Origin: an uncultured delta proteobacterium
GTDB taxonomy: Bacteria; Myxococcota_A; Polyangia; Polyangiales; Polyangiaceae
Direction of reading: 5' to 3'
Assembly: GCA_963716725.1 (NCBI GenBank)
Contig: CAVQUB010000006.1
Location: 128,001 to 192,000, forward strand
Length of the DNA stretch: 64,000 bases
The notes beneath the pieces are model-generated. The model saw nothing but the letters and a program-made list of their open reading frames with translations. It was not told the DNA's origin and did not search any database. The first letter of the stretch is position 1, and each line of letters starts with the position of its first letter. Made by a program: the position numbers and the translations under genes. Below are positions 11,050 through 19,709 of this stretch, in pieces.

Positions 11050-11718
11050 ATGAGCTCGATCCCGTCGTCGGCCGTGGCAACGCTCGCGTTGGCGCTGGCA
11101 GTTGGCTGCTCCCGCGGCCCGGAGCCCTGCGTCTCCGCAGGGACCTGCCCGGCAGGGCAGGAGTGCTTGGCCAACCGCTGCGTCGTCGCCGGCGGCGATC
11201 CCGTGTCAGCGGACAGCCAGCGACTGGTGCTCGAGCCCATCGAGATGGCCGTGGTCGAAGGCCGCGGGCGCGACCCCAGTGAGCTGCCCGCCGCCATCAC
11301 CTTTGGCAGTAGCGCGACGACGACAGCGACCCTCTATCTGAAATTCCCCCGCGCGTGGCGCGACAAGCGACGCGTTGAAGCTGCGTTCGTGATCCTCGAG
11401 CCCATGGCGGCGACCTTCGGCTCCAACGACGACGTGAGCGTCGCTGTCTGGCGCGTCGGCGAACGTTGGCAGCCCGCGGCGCTCGCGCTGGCCAAACAAC
11501 CGGCGCTGCTCCCCCCGCGGGGCCGTGGCATCGCCCGATCGGCGCCGCCAAGCCCGCTGCGCATCGACGTGACCGAGATCGTCCGCTACCTCGCGAAGAA
11601 CCCAGCCAACGACCACGGGATAGCGCTGCGCGCCTCCCCAGGTGAATCGGCGGGCGCGAGCTTCGCGACTGGCAGCGCCGGGGGACGCAGCCCGCGGCTC
11701 GAGATCTACGTGCGCTGA
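11050..11718 (+). CDS. Lipoprotein with DNRLRE/CBM96-like beta-sandwich domain
   Basis: Lipobox AVGC, Cys-rich N-terminus, IDVTEIVR...NDHGIALR...PRLEIYV pattern. Confidence 0.6.
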   Translation: MSSIPSSAVATLALALAVGCSRGPEPCVSAGTCPAGQECLANRCVVAGGDPVSADSQRLVLEPIEMAVVEGRGRDPSELPAAITFGSSATTTATLYLKFPRAWRDKRRVEAAFVILEPMAATFGSNDDVSVAVWRVGERWQPAALALAKQPALLPPRGRGIARSAPPSPLRIDVTEIVRYLAKNPANDHGIALRASPGESAGASFATGSAGGRSPRLEIYVR

Positions 11719-11782
11719 GCGATCTCACGCTCGGGCCCTGCCCCTGTTCGCGCCCTCGGAAAAATGCTCTAACTCGTCGGCG

Positions 11783-12793
11783 ATGAGTGACACGTTGCTC
11801 CGCGTGGAGCATCTGACGACCGCCTTCCACACCGACCGTGGAACGCTGCGCGCCGTCGACGACGTGTCCTTCAGCCTGAAGAAGGGCGAGACTCTGGCGG
11901 TGGTCGGCGAGAGCGGCTGCGGCAAGAGCGTGACGGCGCTGTCCATCATGCGCCTGATCCCGTCCCCGCCCGGACGCATCGAGTCCGGGAAGATCGATTT
12001 TCTCGGAAAAGAGCTGACCAGTCTGCCCGAGCCCGAGATGCGCAAGGTCCGGGGTGACAAGATCTCGATGATCTTCCAAGAGCCGATGACCTCACTGAAC
12101 CCCGTCTACTCGGTGGGAGCTCAAATCGTCGAGGCGATCCGCATTCATCGCAAGGTCAGCCGCCGCGCAGCGCGAGAGCGCGCCCTGAAGATGCTGGATC
12201 TGGTGGGCATCCCCAGCCCGGCCGAGCGCATCGACGCCTACCCCCACCAGCTCTCCGGCGGCATGCGCCAACGGGTCATGATCGCCATGGCGCTGTCCTG
12301 CGAGCCTGAACTCTTGATCGCCGACGAACCCACCACCGCGCTGGACGTGACGATTCAGGCGCAGATCCTCGACCTGTTGCGGCGCCTCCAGGAGGAGCTC
12401 GGCATGAGCATCCTGTTCATCACCCACGATCTCGGAGTCGTCGCCGAGTTCGCAAACGACGTGGTCGTGATGTACGCCGGCCGCGTGGTCGAGACCGGCA
12501 GCGTGCGCAGCATCTTCGCCGACCCGCTCCACCCCTACACGCAGGGCCTCCTGGCCAGCGTGCCTCCCATGGACTCGTCCCGGTCCGACGGCAAGCCGCG
12601 GCGCCTGCCCACCATCGACGGCGTCGTGCCCGACCTGGCTCACCTGCCCAAGGGCTGCCGCTTCGCCGATCGCTGCGCGCTCCACGCCTCGGGCAGCATC
12701 GACGCCGATCGCTGTACCAGCGAAGAGCCGCGCTTCACCGCCCGCGAAGACGGCCGCGGAGCGCGCTGCCATTTTTCGAAGGGGACCCATTGA
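11783..12793 (+). CDS. oppD: Oligopeptide/dipeptide ABC transporter ATP-binding protein
   Basis: [30 protein letters not shown] and C-terminal HPYT...GCRFADRC. Confidence 0.93.
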   Translation: MSDTLLRVEHLTTAFHTDRGTLRAVDDVSFSLKKGETLAVVGESGCGKSVTALSIMRLIPSPPGRIESGKIDFLGKELTSLPEPEMRKVRGDKISMIFQEPMTSLNPVYSVGAQIVEAIRIHRKVSRRAARERALKMLDLVGIPSPAERIDAYPHQLSGGMRQRVMIAMALSCEPELLIADEPTTALDVTIQAQILDLLRRLQEELGMSILFITHDLGVVAEFANDVVVMYAGRVVETGSVRSIFADPLHPYTQGLLASVPPMDSSRSDGKPRRLPTIDGVVPDLAHLPKGCRFADRCALHASGSIDADRCTSEEPRFTAREDGRGARCHFSKGTH

Positions 12794-13882
12794 GCGAAGA
12801 CTTGCCGCCCGACGCGGGTGAGGCCGACCTCGGCAGCTCGGGGCTCTGGGAGCCCCCCGTGCCGGATTCCGCCCGCCGCCGAGCCCGAGTCCGCGCCCAA
12901 GAAGCGCAAGACCCTGGTCCAGGTCGAGCGCCTCGCGAAGTTCTTCCCGGTGAAGAAGGGCCTACTCGGTCGCACCAAGCTGGTCCGCGCCGTCGATGGC
13001 GTGACCTTCTACGTGCGCCAGGGAGAGACCCTCGGGCTGGTCGGCGAGAGCGGCTGCGGCAAGAGCACGCTCGGGCGCGCGGTGCTCCGTCTGGTCGAAC
13101 CGACCTTCGGGCGCATCGTCTTCGACGGCAAGGACATCACGCCGCTCTCACAAGCCCAACTGCGTCCGCTCCGGCGGCGCATGCAGATCATCTTCCAAGA
13201 CCCCTACTCGTCGCTCAACCCGCGCATGACCGTCCGCGCCATCGTCGGAGAGGCGCTGCAGATCCACAAACTCGCCAGCTCGCGCTCGGAAGAAGAAGCC
13301 AAGGTCGAGGCACTGCTCAAACGCGTGGGACTGCGCCCCGAGGCCATGCAGCGCTACCCCCACGAGTTCAGCGGCGGCCAGCGCCAGCGTATCGGCATCG
13401 CTCGCGCGCTGGCAGTTCAGCCCGACTTCATCGTCTGCGACGAACCGATCAGCGCCCTCGACGTGTCGATTCAGGCGCAGATCGTCAACCTCTTGCTCGA
13501 CCTGCAAGAGGAGTACAACCTGTCGTACCTGTTCATCTCCCACGACCTGAAGGTGGTCGAGTACGTCAGCCGTCGCGTCGCCGTGATGTACCTGGGCAAG
13601 ATCGTCGAGGTGGCACCGGCGGCGATGCTCTACGAGAGACGCCACCACCCCTACACGCGGGCGCTGCTCTCGGCGATCCCCGTGCCCGATCCCGAGCGGC
13701 GCCGGCTGCGCATCTTGCTCGAGGGCGACGTGCCGAGCCCCATCGATCCGCCCTCGGGCTGCAGCTTCCATCCTCGCTGCTCCCGGGCCGAGAAGGGCAA
13801 GTGCGACGTGGAGAGCCCTCCACTGCAAGAGATCGAATCGGGCAGTCACCACCGCGTGGCGTGCTTCCACCCGTACGTGTGA
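12790..13882 (+). CDS. oppF: Oligopeptide/dipeptide ABC transporter ATP-binding protein (start uncertain; possible 5' frameshift)
   Basis: [36 protein letters not shown] and [19 protein letters not shown] in ORF 12818..13882. Confidence 0.92.
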
Positions 13883-13945
13883 TCCCGGGCGGCAGCGGAT
13901 CGAGTTCCCGAGGCGCGCTGGCCCCGGGCAACGATCGAAAGTACG

Positions 13946-14357
13946 ATGGGCCCGATGGTGCTTCCCGTCCCGCGTGGCTTCAGCGAAGCCGAATACCTCG
14001 CCCTGGAGGCCGCGGGCGAAACCCGGCACGAGTTCGTGGGCGGGGCCATCGTCTCGATGGCCGGAGCCGAACCGCCGCACCATATTCTCTCGGCAAATGC
14101 CACGGCGCTGCTGGCGGCTTTGATCAATGGCAAGGCGTGTTGCTGGTCGAGGTGACCAGCGACACCGCCGAGGATTTCGATCGCGGCTCGAAGTTCGTGC
14201 ACTACCAGTCGATTTCCTCGCTGCGCGAGTACGTCATCGTATCGCACCGGGAGCGGCGGGTGGACCACCACCGACGCCTGCCCTCGGGACAATGGCTCGC
14301 GACCATCTCGAGCCGGCCCGAGGACGCGTTGATTCCGCCGGGAGCGTGGGAAGCTCG
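13946..14357 (+). pseudogene. Uma2/DUF820 family endonuclease pseudogene
   Basis: SEAEYLALE...RHEFVGG...MAGA is joined out of frame to [27 protein letters not shown]. The central segment is missing and the 3' end runs into an inverted-repeat-bounded element. Confidence 0.8.
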
Positions 14358-14581
14358 AGAATCTGTCGAACAAAGGGTGATGGATGGATGGCAGCGACTG
14401 CGGCGGCGGCCATTCGTACGGGTCGCTGCGCGTCGCCGACGTGATCCATCGGCCGGCGGGGCACGGCCCGTGCGGCAGACCGGCTCAGGTCGTCGTAGTG
14501 GTTGGGAGCGTCGAGGCGGCTGGCGTGTGGAAGGTCGGCTGCCGTCGACGCTGCGTCAGCCGAGCAGCTTTGGGGCGTGCT

Positions 14582-15387
14582 GGACCGCCCAGCTCCGAAC
14601 CGGCGACGGCGTACTGCACGTTGTACCCGGGGCGAAAACCGCCATCGCCCATCTTCATCACTCTCGCTTCGGCGTCGGTCGTCGACGCGCGCGCCGGTTT
14701 GTCGCTCGGCTTGCGCGTCTTTTGCAGCTCCGTCACCGTCACGATCGCGGCCGCCACGCGCTCCTGATAGTCCCGGGCCGCCGCCGCCCGAGCCGCATGT
14801 TGGGCACGCATGTATTCCGGGTCGTCCGCTGCTGCCAGCACCGCCTCGAGGTGCAGCTTGGCCTGCTCCCGGCACTCCAGGAGCGAGCCGTACGTCCGAA
14901 ACGATGGCGCGGTGGCGGCCGCTCGAATCCGCGTGCCGTCCTGCGCCACCAGATCGAGCGACCGGAGCCCCTTGTGCATCAGCGACGCGAGGATGTCGGT
15001 CATCAACTGGTCGAGCGCCTCGCCGTGGTCGACGCGAAACGACGACAGCGTGTGATGGCTCACCTTCAGGTCCCCGATGATCCAGCGATACGCATCGTCG
15101 CTGCCGGTCAGGCGCTCGATCTCACGCGCGCTGCCGACGGCCTGCGAAATGGCGTACAGCCAGAGCACCAGCTTCATTCGCGGTGACAGCGTCTTGCGCC
15201 CGACCGTGCCCTCCACCGCCTTCACACCGTCGAGAAACGCGCCGAGGTCCAGCGTGCCCACCACGTTCCAAAGCACGCGCGCCGGGTGCGTCGGCGCAAG
15301 CGCCTCCTCCGGCAGCTCGAATCGGATCACGCACTGGCTCCGCTGCGGCTCTTTGACTCGTGGCTCGCCACCGCGCTCGTCGTTCAT
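14582..15387 (-). pseudogene. IS1182-family transposase, C-terminally truncated
   Basis: HPARVLW...PRMKLVLWLYA...SAREIERL...AYRWI...HHTLSSFR (DUF772-like), VAQDGTRIRAAA and STTDAEARVMK...GYNVQ. Homology stops after about 270 aa. Confidence 0.88.
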
Positions 15388-15547
15388 GCCTACGGAACAG
15401 GATCCAGCCGATTTCGATTTTCGGAGACTATCATTTTGGGGTCTCCTCACATCTTCGTGGATGCGGGGAGTAGCCACCGTCGCGGAGGCCGCGCCGGCGA
15501 GTCGGGTCTTCGCCTGCACCAGGGGCTCCGGGGACGCCGGCGCTCCC

Positions 15548-16788
15548 TCAGCATCGCGCAGGCGACACGGTGGGGGTGAGCTCGGCGAGCGCCGCCCTGA
15601 GGAGCGGCTCGAGCCCAGGCTCGACGCCTCGAGCGCGCGCTTGCTCGACCGCGCGGCGAGCCTTCGCCGTGCGAAAGCCGAGCCGTACCAGTGCGGCCTG
15701 GATCTTCTCTGAGCTCTCGTCCCACTCGGGCGGCGCGTCCGGACCTGGCTTCTTCTCGGTCGCTTCAGCGATCTTCTTCCGGATGTGATCTTCGCCGAAG
15801 ACCTCTCGTGCGCGCAGGGCGTTGTGCGATGAACACAGGAGAGAGAGGTTCTCCACGGCGGCCGGACCGCCGAGCGCGTGCGGGTCGATGTGCTCGAGGG
15901 TGACCAAGCGCCGCTCCGAGCAGCGTCGGCCCTCGCCGTCGAGGTAGGTGCACTGCCCGCGGTCTCGCTCCCAGACGACGCGGGCGACCTCCACGGGGAC
16001 ATGCCGTGAGCCTGGCTCGATTGCGCGTCGCTTGCGCGGCTTGCCCGCGCCGAAGCGGCGCTTCGTCTCGGCCTCGAGCAACGCCTCGATGGCGCGCTCG
16101 AACAGCGCGGCGAGATCCCCGCTGGGGATGGCGTGGCCCAGGAGGTTCTGGGCCTTCACGAGCTTGTCGTGGAGCGCGGCGCTGGCGGTGAATTCGACCC
16201 AGTAGCTGGACGCGGAGAGCGGCTGCACTCGGGGCTTCGGAGCCGGCGCCGGCGCGGGCTCCGTGCACGCGCCGGGCGCCGCGGCGGAAGGACCATGCTC
16301 GAGCATGGTCGCTGGGCAGCCAGGCAAGGGTGTCACGCTCGGCAGCACGTCCGACCTTGGACGCGCTTCGTGACACCCGAAGGGCCGAAGGGGTGGAACC
16401 AGCGGGCCAGCAAACACTCGAGGTCACGCCGAGACTTGCCCCGAGCTTCGGCGAGCAGGGCATCGGCGTTCTCCGAGGTCAGCCGCCCCGACAAGAGGAA
16501 CAGGCCGGTCAGGTGGATTCGCCCGCTCCGGAGCTCGTCCAGGGCCTGGGGCAGGCGCTGGCAGAGCCGGGCCACGCCGACCCGCACCTGGGCCTCGTTC
16601 TCGGAGTAGCCGAGCCGCTCGGTGCAATACGAGGAGAGCGATGAGCACGCCGCCGCTGTGTACAAGCGGCGGCGGTCGAGCTCGCAGAGGTACGCGATGA
16701 GCTCGGCGGTGGCTTCGCGTTCGAGAGCCCGAAGGCTGGGCAAACGCGCGAGGAGAGCCTGGTTGTCGAGAGAGTCGAGCGCGAACAT
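15548..16788 (-). pseudogene. HNH endonuclease (DUF222-like N-terminus, RuvA-C-like tail), frameshifted by a 35-bp insertion at 16361-16395
   Basis: VWERDRGQCTY...C...LEHIDPHALGG...ENLSLLCSSHN HNH motif; C-terminal AALVRLGF...ARRAV...LLRAALAEL. Removing 16361-16395 restores one 402-codon ORF reading RWFPRSDV. Confidence 0.85.
16361..16395 (-). repeat. 27-bp-type micro-insertion, copy 1 (with internal 8-bp duplication)
   Basis: GTTC|CAC-CCCTTCGG-CCCTTCGG-GTGTC-ACGAAGCGCGT|CC on the minus strand. Confidence 0.85.
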
Positions 16789-16930
16789 GTCTCGGAATAC
16801 CACGAGGATTTTCGGTCCCGCCGCGGCCACCGAGAGCGACGAACGGGCAGCTCGACGCGTCGAAAGTCATCCGGGAGCCAGAGCGCCGTCGTGGATCATC
16901 CTCGCGCTCGCACGCGGCAGGTTTCGGACG

Positions 16931-16955
16931 ACGCGCTTCGTGATCCCCGGAGGGG
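16931..16955 (-). repeat. 27-bp-type micro-insertion, copy 2 (25 bp)
   Basis: GTTC|CCCCTCCGGGGATC-ACGAAGCGCGT|C on the minus strand. Same 3' 13-mer TCACGAAGCGCGT as copy 1. Confidence 0.75.
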
Positions 16956-17277
16956 GAACTCGTCGCTCGCGTGCGTCGTGCGTCGAGAAACGTGTCGAGC
17001 GAAATCGTACGAGAAGCGTTCTTTTTCGATTCGCAGCCAGCTGAAGCGTGCGCCAGAACCACGATGCTTGCACACCCTCCACACAAAGGGGGTGCACGGA
17101 TTGCCGTCGGTGGGCTTGGCAGCGGCAGCGTCGTGGGTGTGGCGGCGCGCACGTGAAGCGAAGGTCTCCGGCTCCTGCCTGCGCTCGTCCACATCACGCG
17201 CATGCGCGGCTTCCTCGATGCTCAGCGCCGAGCCGCGGGCGCGCAGGGCCGGACCTCGCAGCAGAGCGCGCTCGTTC

Positions 17278-17412
17278 CACCCCTTCGAGTGTCCCCCGTC
17301 GGGGACTTGCCCCTCCGGGTACTTCCCGGGGACTTCCAAGGGTCGTCCCACTTCTGGGACTTCCAAGGGTCGTCCCACTTCTGGGACTTCCAAGGGTCGT
17401 CACGAAGCGCGT
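17278..17412 (+). repeat. Nested cluster of micro-insertions, 135 bp = 5 x 27 bp, including a 27-bp tandem repeat at 17329-17401
   Basis: GTTC|CACCCCTTCGAGTGTC ... ACGAAGCGCGT|CC. The cluster parses exactly into five 16-nt and five 11-nt modules. Confidence 0.85.
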
Positions 17413-17721
17413 CCTCGGTGCGCGGGTGCCACCGAGCGCGCTCCATTTCCGCCTGCCGCACCGAACCGACCCCGGACGCTTGGAAAGGGCTCCGCTCGAG
17501 GCCCCTCAGGGCTGCGGCGCCGGCGGGGGGGGGCAGTCCGGAAGCAGGCCTGCGAAATTGTGCGTGCGGGACGATTGCCGTCGCCGCAGTCGTAAGTGAT
17601 CGTGAACGCGTCGCTTCTTGCGCCCGTCCGGCCCGACTACCGAGCAAGACTGGCTTCAGACGCCCACGAACATGTCAGGAGAGCCTCATTTTTCGACAGA
17701 TTCTTTAGCCGCAACCGAGCT

Positions 17722-18204
17722 TCATCGGGCGGAAAACGGAGACCCCGCCATGCACGCTTCCTGAGTGGCCACTTGGGTGCCGCAGCCGCCGAACCACTTC
17801 ACCCAGCCGGCCGCCGTCGAGTCCTGGTGGACCACCCAGCAAGGCGCGTCCGGCCCAGAGGCAGTGCAGGTCATCATGGCGCCCGGAACGTTCTTCGCGA
17901 GCCAGCACCCGATGAACTGCTGCGCTCCGCCCGGATCCGCCGCGGGCCGTGCGGTGATCACCACGCAGGCGGGCGTGGCCTTGCACGACTGCTCGTTCAG
18001 GCCGTCACACTCGTTCGTCGTTCGGGGCTGACAGCTTTCGGTGGCGCTGGCGTCCCAAGTGCAGCCGGCCGTGTGCGCACACAGCTCCGCGGCGCGCCCG
18101 CGGCAGAACGAAGCCTGCTGCTGCGAGCCCGGGTCGTCGTTGTCGTTCGAGCAAGCGCCGAGGGCAAAGGCGCAACCAATCACAAATACGGTCCAGGGTT
18201 TCAT
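17722..18204 (-). CDS. Cys-rich lipoprotein
   Basis: MKPWTVFVIGCAFALGAC lipobox, many Cys, GGAGG upstream. Confidence 0.7.
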   Translation of the reverse strand: MKPWTVFVIGCAFALGACSNDNDDPGSQQQASFCRGRAAELCAHTAGCTWDASATESCQPRTTNECDGLNEQSCKATPACVVITARPAADPGGAQQFIGCWLAKNVPGAMMTCTASGPDAPCWVVHQDSTAAGWVKWFGGCGTQVATQEACMAGSPFSAR

Positions 18205-18238
18205 CGTGCCTCCTCTCATCGCATCTGGGTGTCCACGC

Positions 18239-19678
18239 TCAGTCCGCCGCGGCGTCTCGCTCGGGCGCCGGGCCCGGCCTGCACTCGATCAAGCTGAGCT
18301 CCATCGCAAGGCCGCGCGGTCGCGCCACCAGGAGCTTGCCCTTGGAAATCGCCAACAGATCGGCGCTGCGCACCGCCGGCTCCACGCCTAGCGCATCGAG
18401 CAGGTTCGCGCTGGGGCCGAGGGCCCCGATCCGGGTCGCATCCGAGACGCTGTCGAGCGAGAGCCACGCGTGGGGCGCGCTCGGATCCTTCGGGGCGTCG
18501 TCCACCAAGATCGCCGGCACCCCGACCCCGGGTCCGCGGTCGTCGAGCAGCCGCCGTTCCGCCGTGCCGTCGGGCTTCACGCTACCGATGTAGATCTGCC
18601 GCTCGTCCGTGCCTGGGGCTGAGTCGTCGTCGCGCCACGAAAACAAGAGCGATCCGTCCGGACCTGGGGCGAGGTCGAAGACCAGCACGTGAGAGTTCTT
18701 CGGCGTGATGGCCTTCGGCTCGGAGACCGCGACCCCGTTGTGATCGAGGGGAACCGCGCTGAGGTAGCGTTCACCGAGATCGACCAGGGACGGTTCGGGC
18801 AGGTCGGCCGACGCGCTCGCTGCGGGCTTGGGCAGCGGGGCCCTCGGTTTCGGCGCCGCCGTCCGGGAGATCCACGCCGCCCAGAATCCGCCAGGACGCC
18901 GGACGACGCGCGGTGCCTCGGCGTCTTCGCCGCGCAGCGATACGATGCGCTTCTTGCTGACGTTCGAGATGTCCTTGCGGGCAAAGCTCGAAGTGACGAT
19001 GACTCCGTGTTTGTCCGCGGCGCTCCACTCGTCCCAGATGGCGACGCCGCGCTCGGGACCGAGTTCGAGACTCGCCACCCGAGACTCGTCACGGCTGGAC
19101 GCGATCTCGGCGCCGAGCACGACCTCGGCCTTCGCCGCACCGGGCCGGATCGCCACCAACCGGAGCAACTCGCCGCCGGCATCGCTGTCGTGCACCAGCG
19201 CGACGAGATCCGCGTCGAACACCGCCAGCTCGGGAGGATCCGGATCGCCGTGCAGCCTGCCGAGCTCGACGAGCTTGCCGCCGCCCACTTCCGCATCGAG
19301 GAGCGCGACGGTCGCGATGGTCTTGCCGGCCCGCGCCCACAGCGCCGACACCGCGAAGCTACCGGCAAAGGGCACGGCTCCCCCGAGCTCCGCGGCGAAG
19401 GGCAGCGCGGGCTGGTCCAGCCCGTCGTCCGCTTCGTCCTCCGCGCCGGCGTCGGGAACGGCCTTGGTACCCTCGCCCAGGGTGAAACGCTTGCCCGGAA
19501 AGGGCTCGCTGCAACGCGACGCAATGGCCACCGGCGCCAGCGCCGCGCTCGGAGGCCCCGCGGGTGTGGGCTCGGGTGAGCGCCGTTTGCACGCGGTCGC
19601 CGCGACCAGCACCGCCAAAATCGGCACGAGCAGACGGGACGTGCGGCGCGAATTGCAATGCATGGCTCGGCGACGCAT
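18239..19678 (-). CDS. Hypothetical lipoprotein (beta-rich)
   Basis: 479-aa ORF with hydrophobic leader ending ATAC and good codon usage. Confidence 0.7.
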   Translation of the reverse strand: MRRRAMHCNSRRTSRLLVPILAVLVAATACKRRSPEPTPAGPPSAALAPVAIASRCSEPFPGKRFTLGEGTKAVPDAGAEDEADDGLDQPALPFAAELGGAVPFAGSFAVSALWARAGKTIATVALLDAEVGGGKLVELGRLHGDPDPPELAVFDADLVALVHDSDAGGELLRLVAIRPGAAKAEVVLGAEIASSRDESRVASLELGPERGVAIWDEWSAADKHGVIVTSSFARKDISNVSKKRIVSLRGEDAEAPRVVRRPGGFWAAWISRTAAPKPRAPLPKPAASASADLPEPSLVDLGERYLSAVPLDHNGVAVSEPKAITPKNSHVLVFDLAPGPDGSLLFSWRDDDSAPGTDERQIYIGSVKPDGTAERRLLDDRGPGVGVPAILVDDAPKDPSAPHAWLSLDSVSDATRIGALGPSANLLDALGVEPAVRSADLLAISKGKLLVARPRGLAMELSLIECRPGPAPERDAAAD

Positions 19679-19709
19679 GATGCCTCGCCCGGACGGGGCG
19701 TGCTAGCGA

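Larger units (their letters stand above)
14358..17704. mobile_element. Segment bounded by terminal inverted repeats, carrying an IS1182 transposase fragment, an HNH gene and micro-insertions
   Basis: AGAATCTGTCGAACAAAGGG (14358-14377) versus the reverse complement of 17685-17704, AGAATCTGTCGAAAAATGAG: 13-bp perfect core, 17/20 overall. No clear target-site duplication. Confidence 0.65.

Noticed and set aside
9354..11300. Long antisense or alternate-frame ORFs (also 19359-21233, 59215-61770, 12790-15186, 49469-51145)
   Set aside because: Shadow ORFs expected in high-GC DNA. They overlap well-supported genes and have no coherent motifs of their own.
17329..17401. 27-bp palindromic tandem repeat as a CRISPR array
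   Set aside because: The units are contiguous with no unique spacers, and there are no cas genes.
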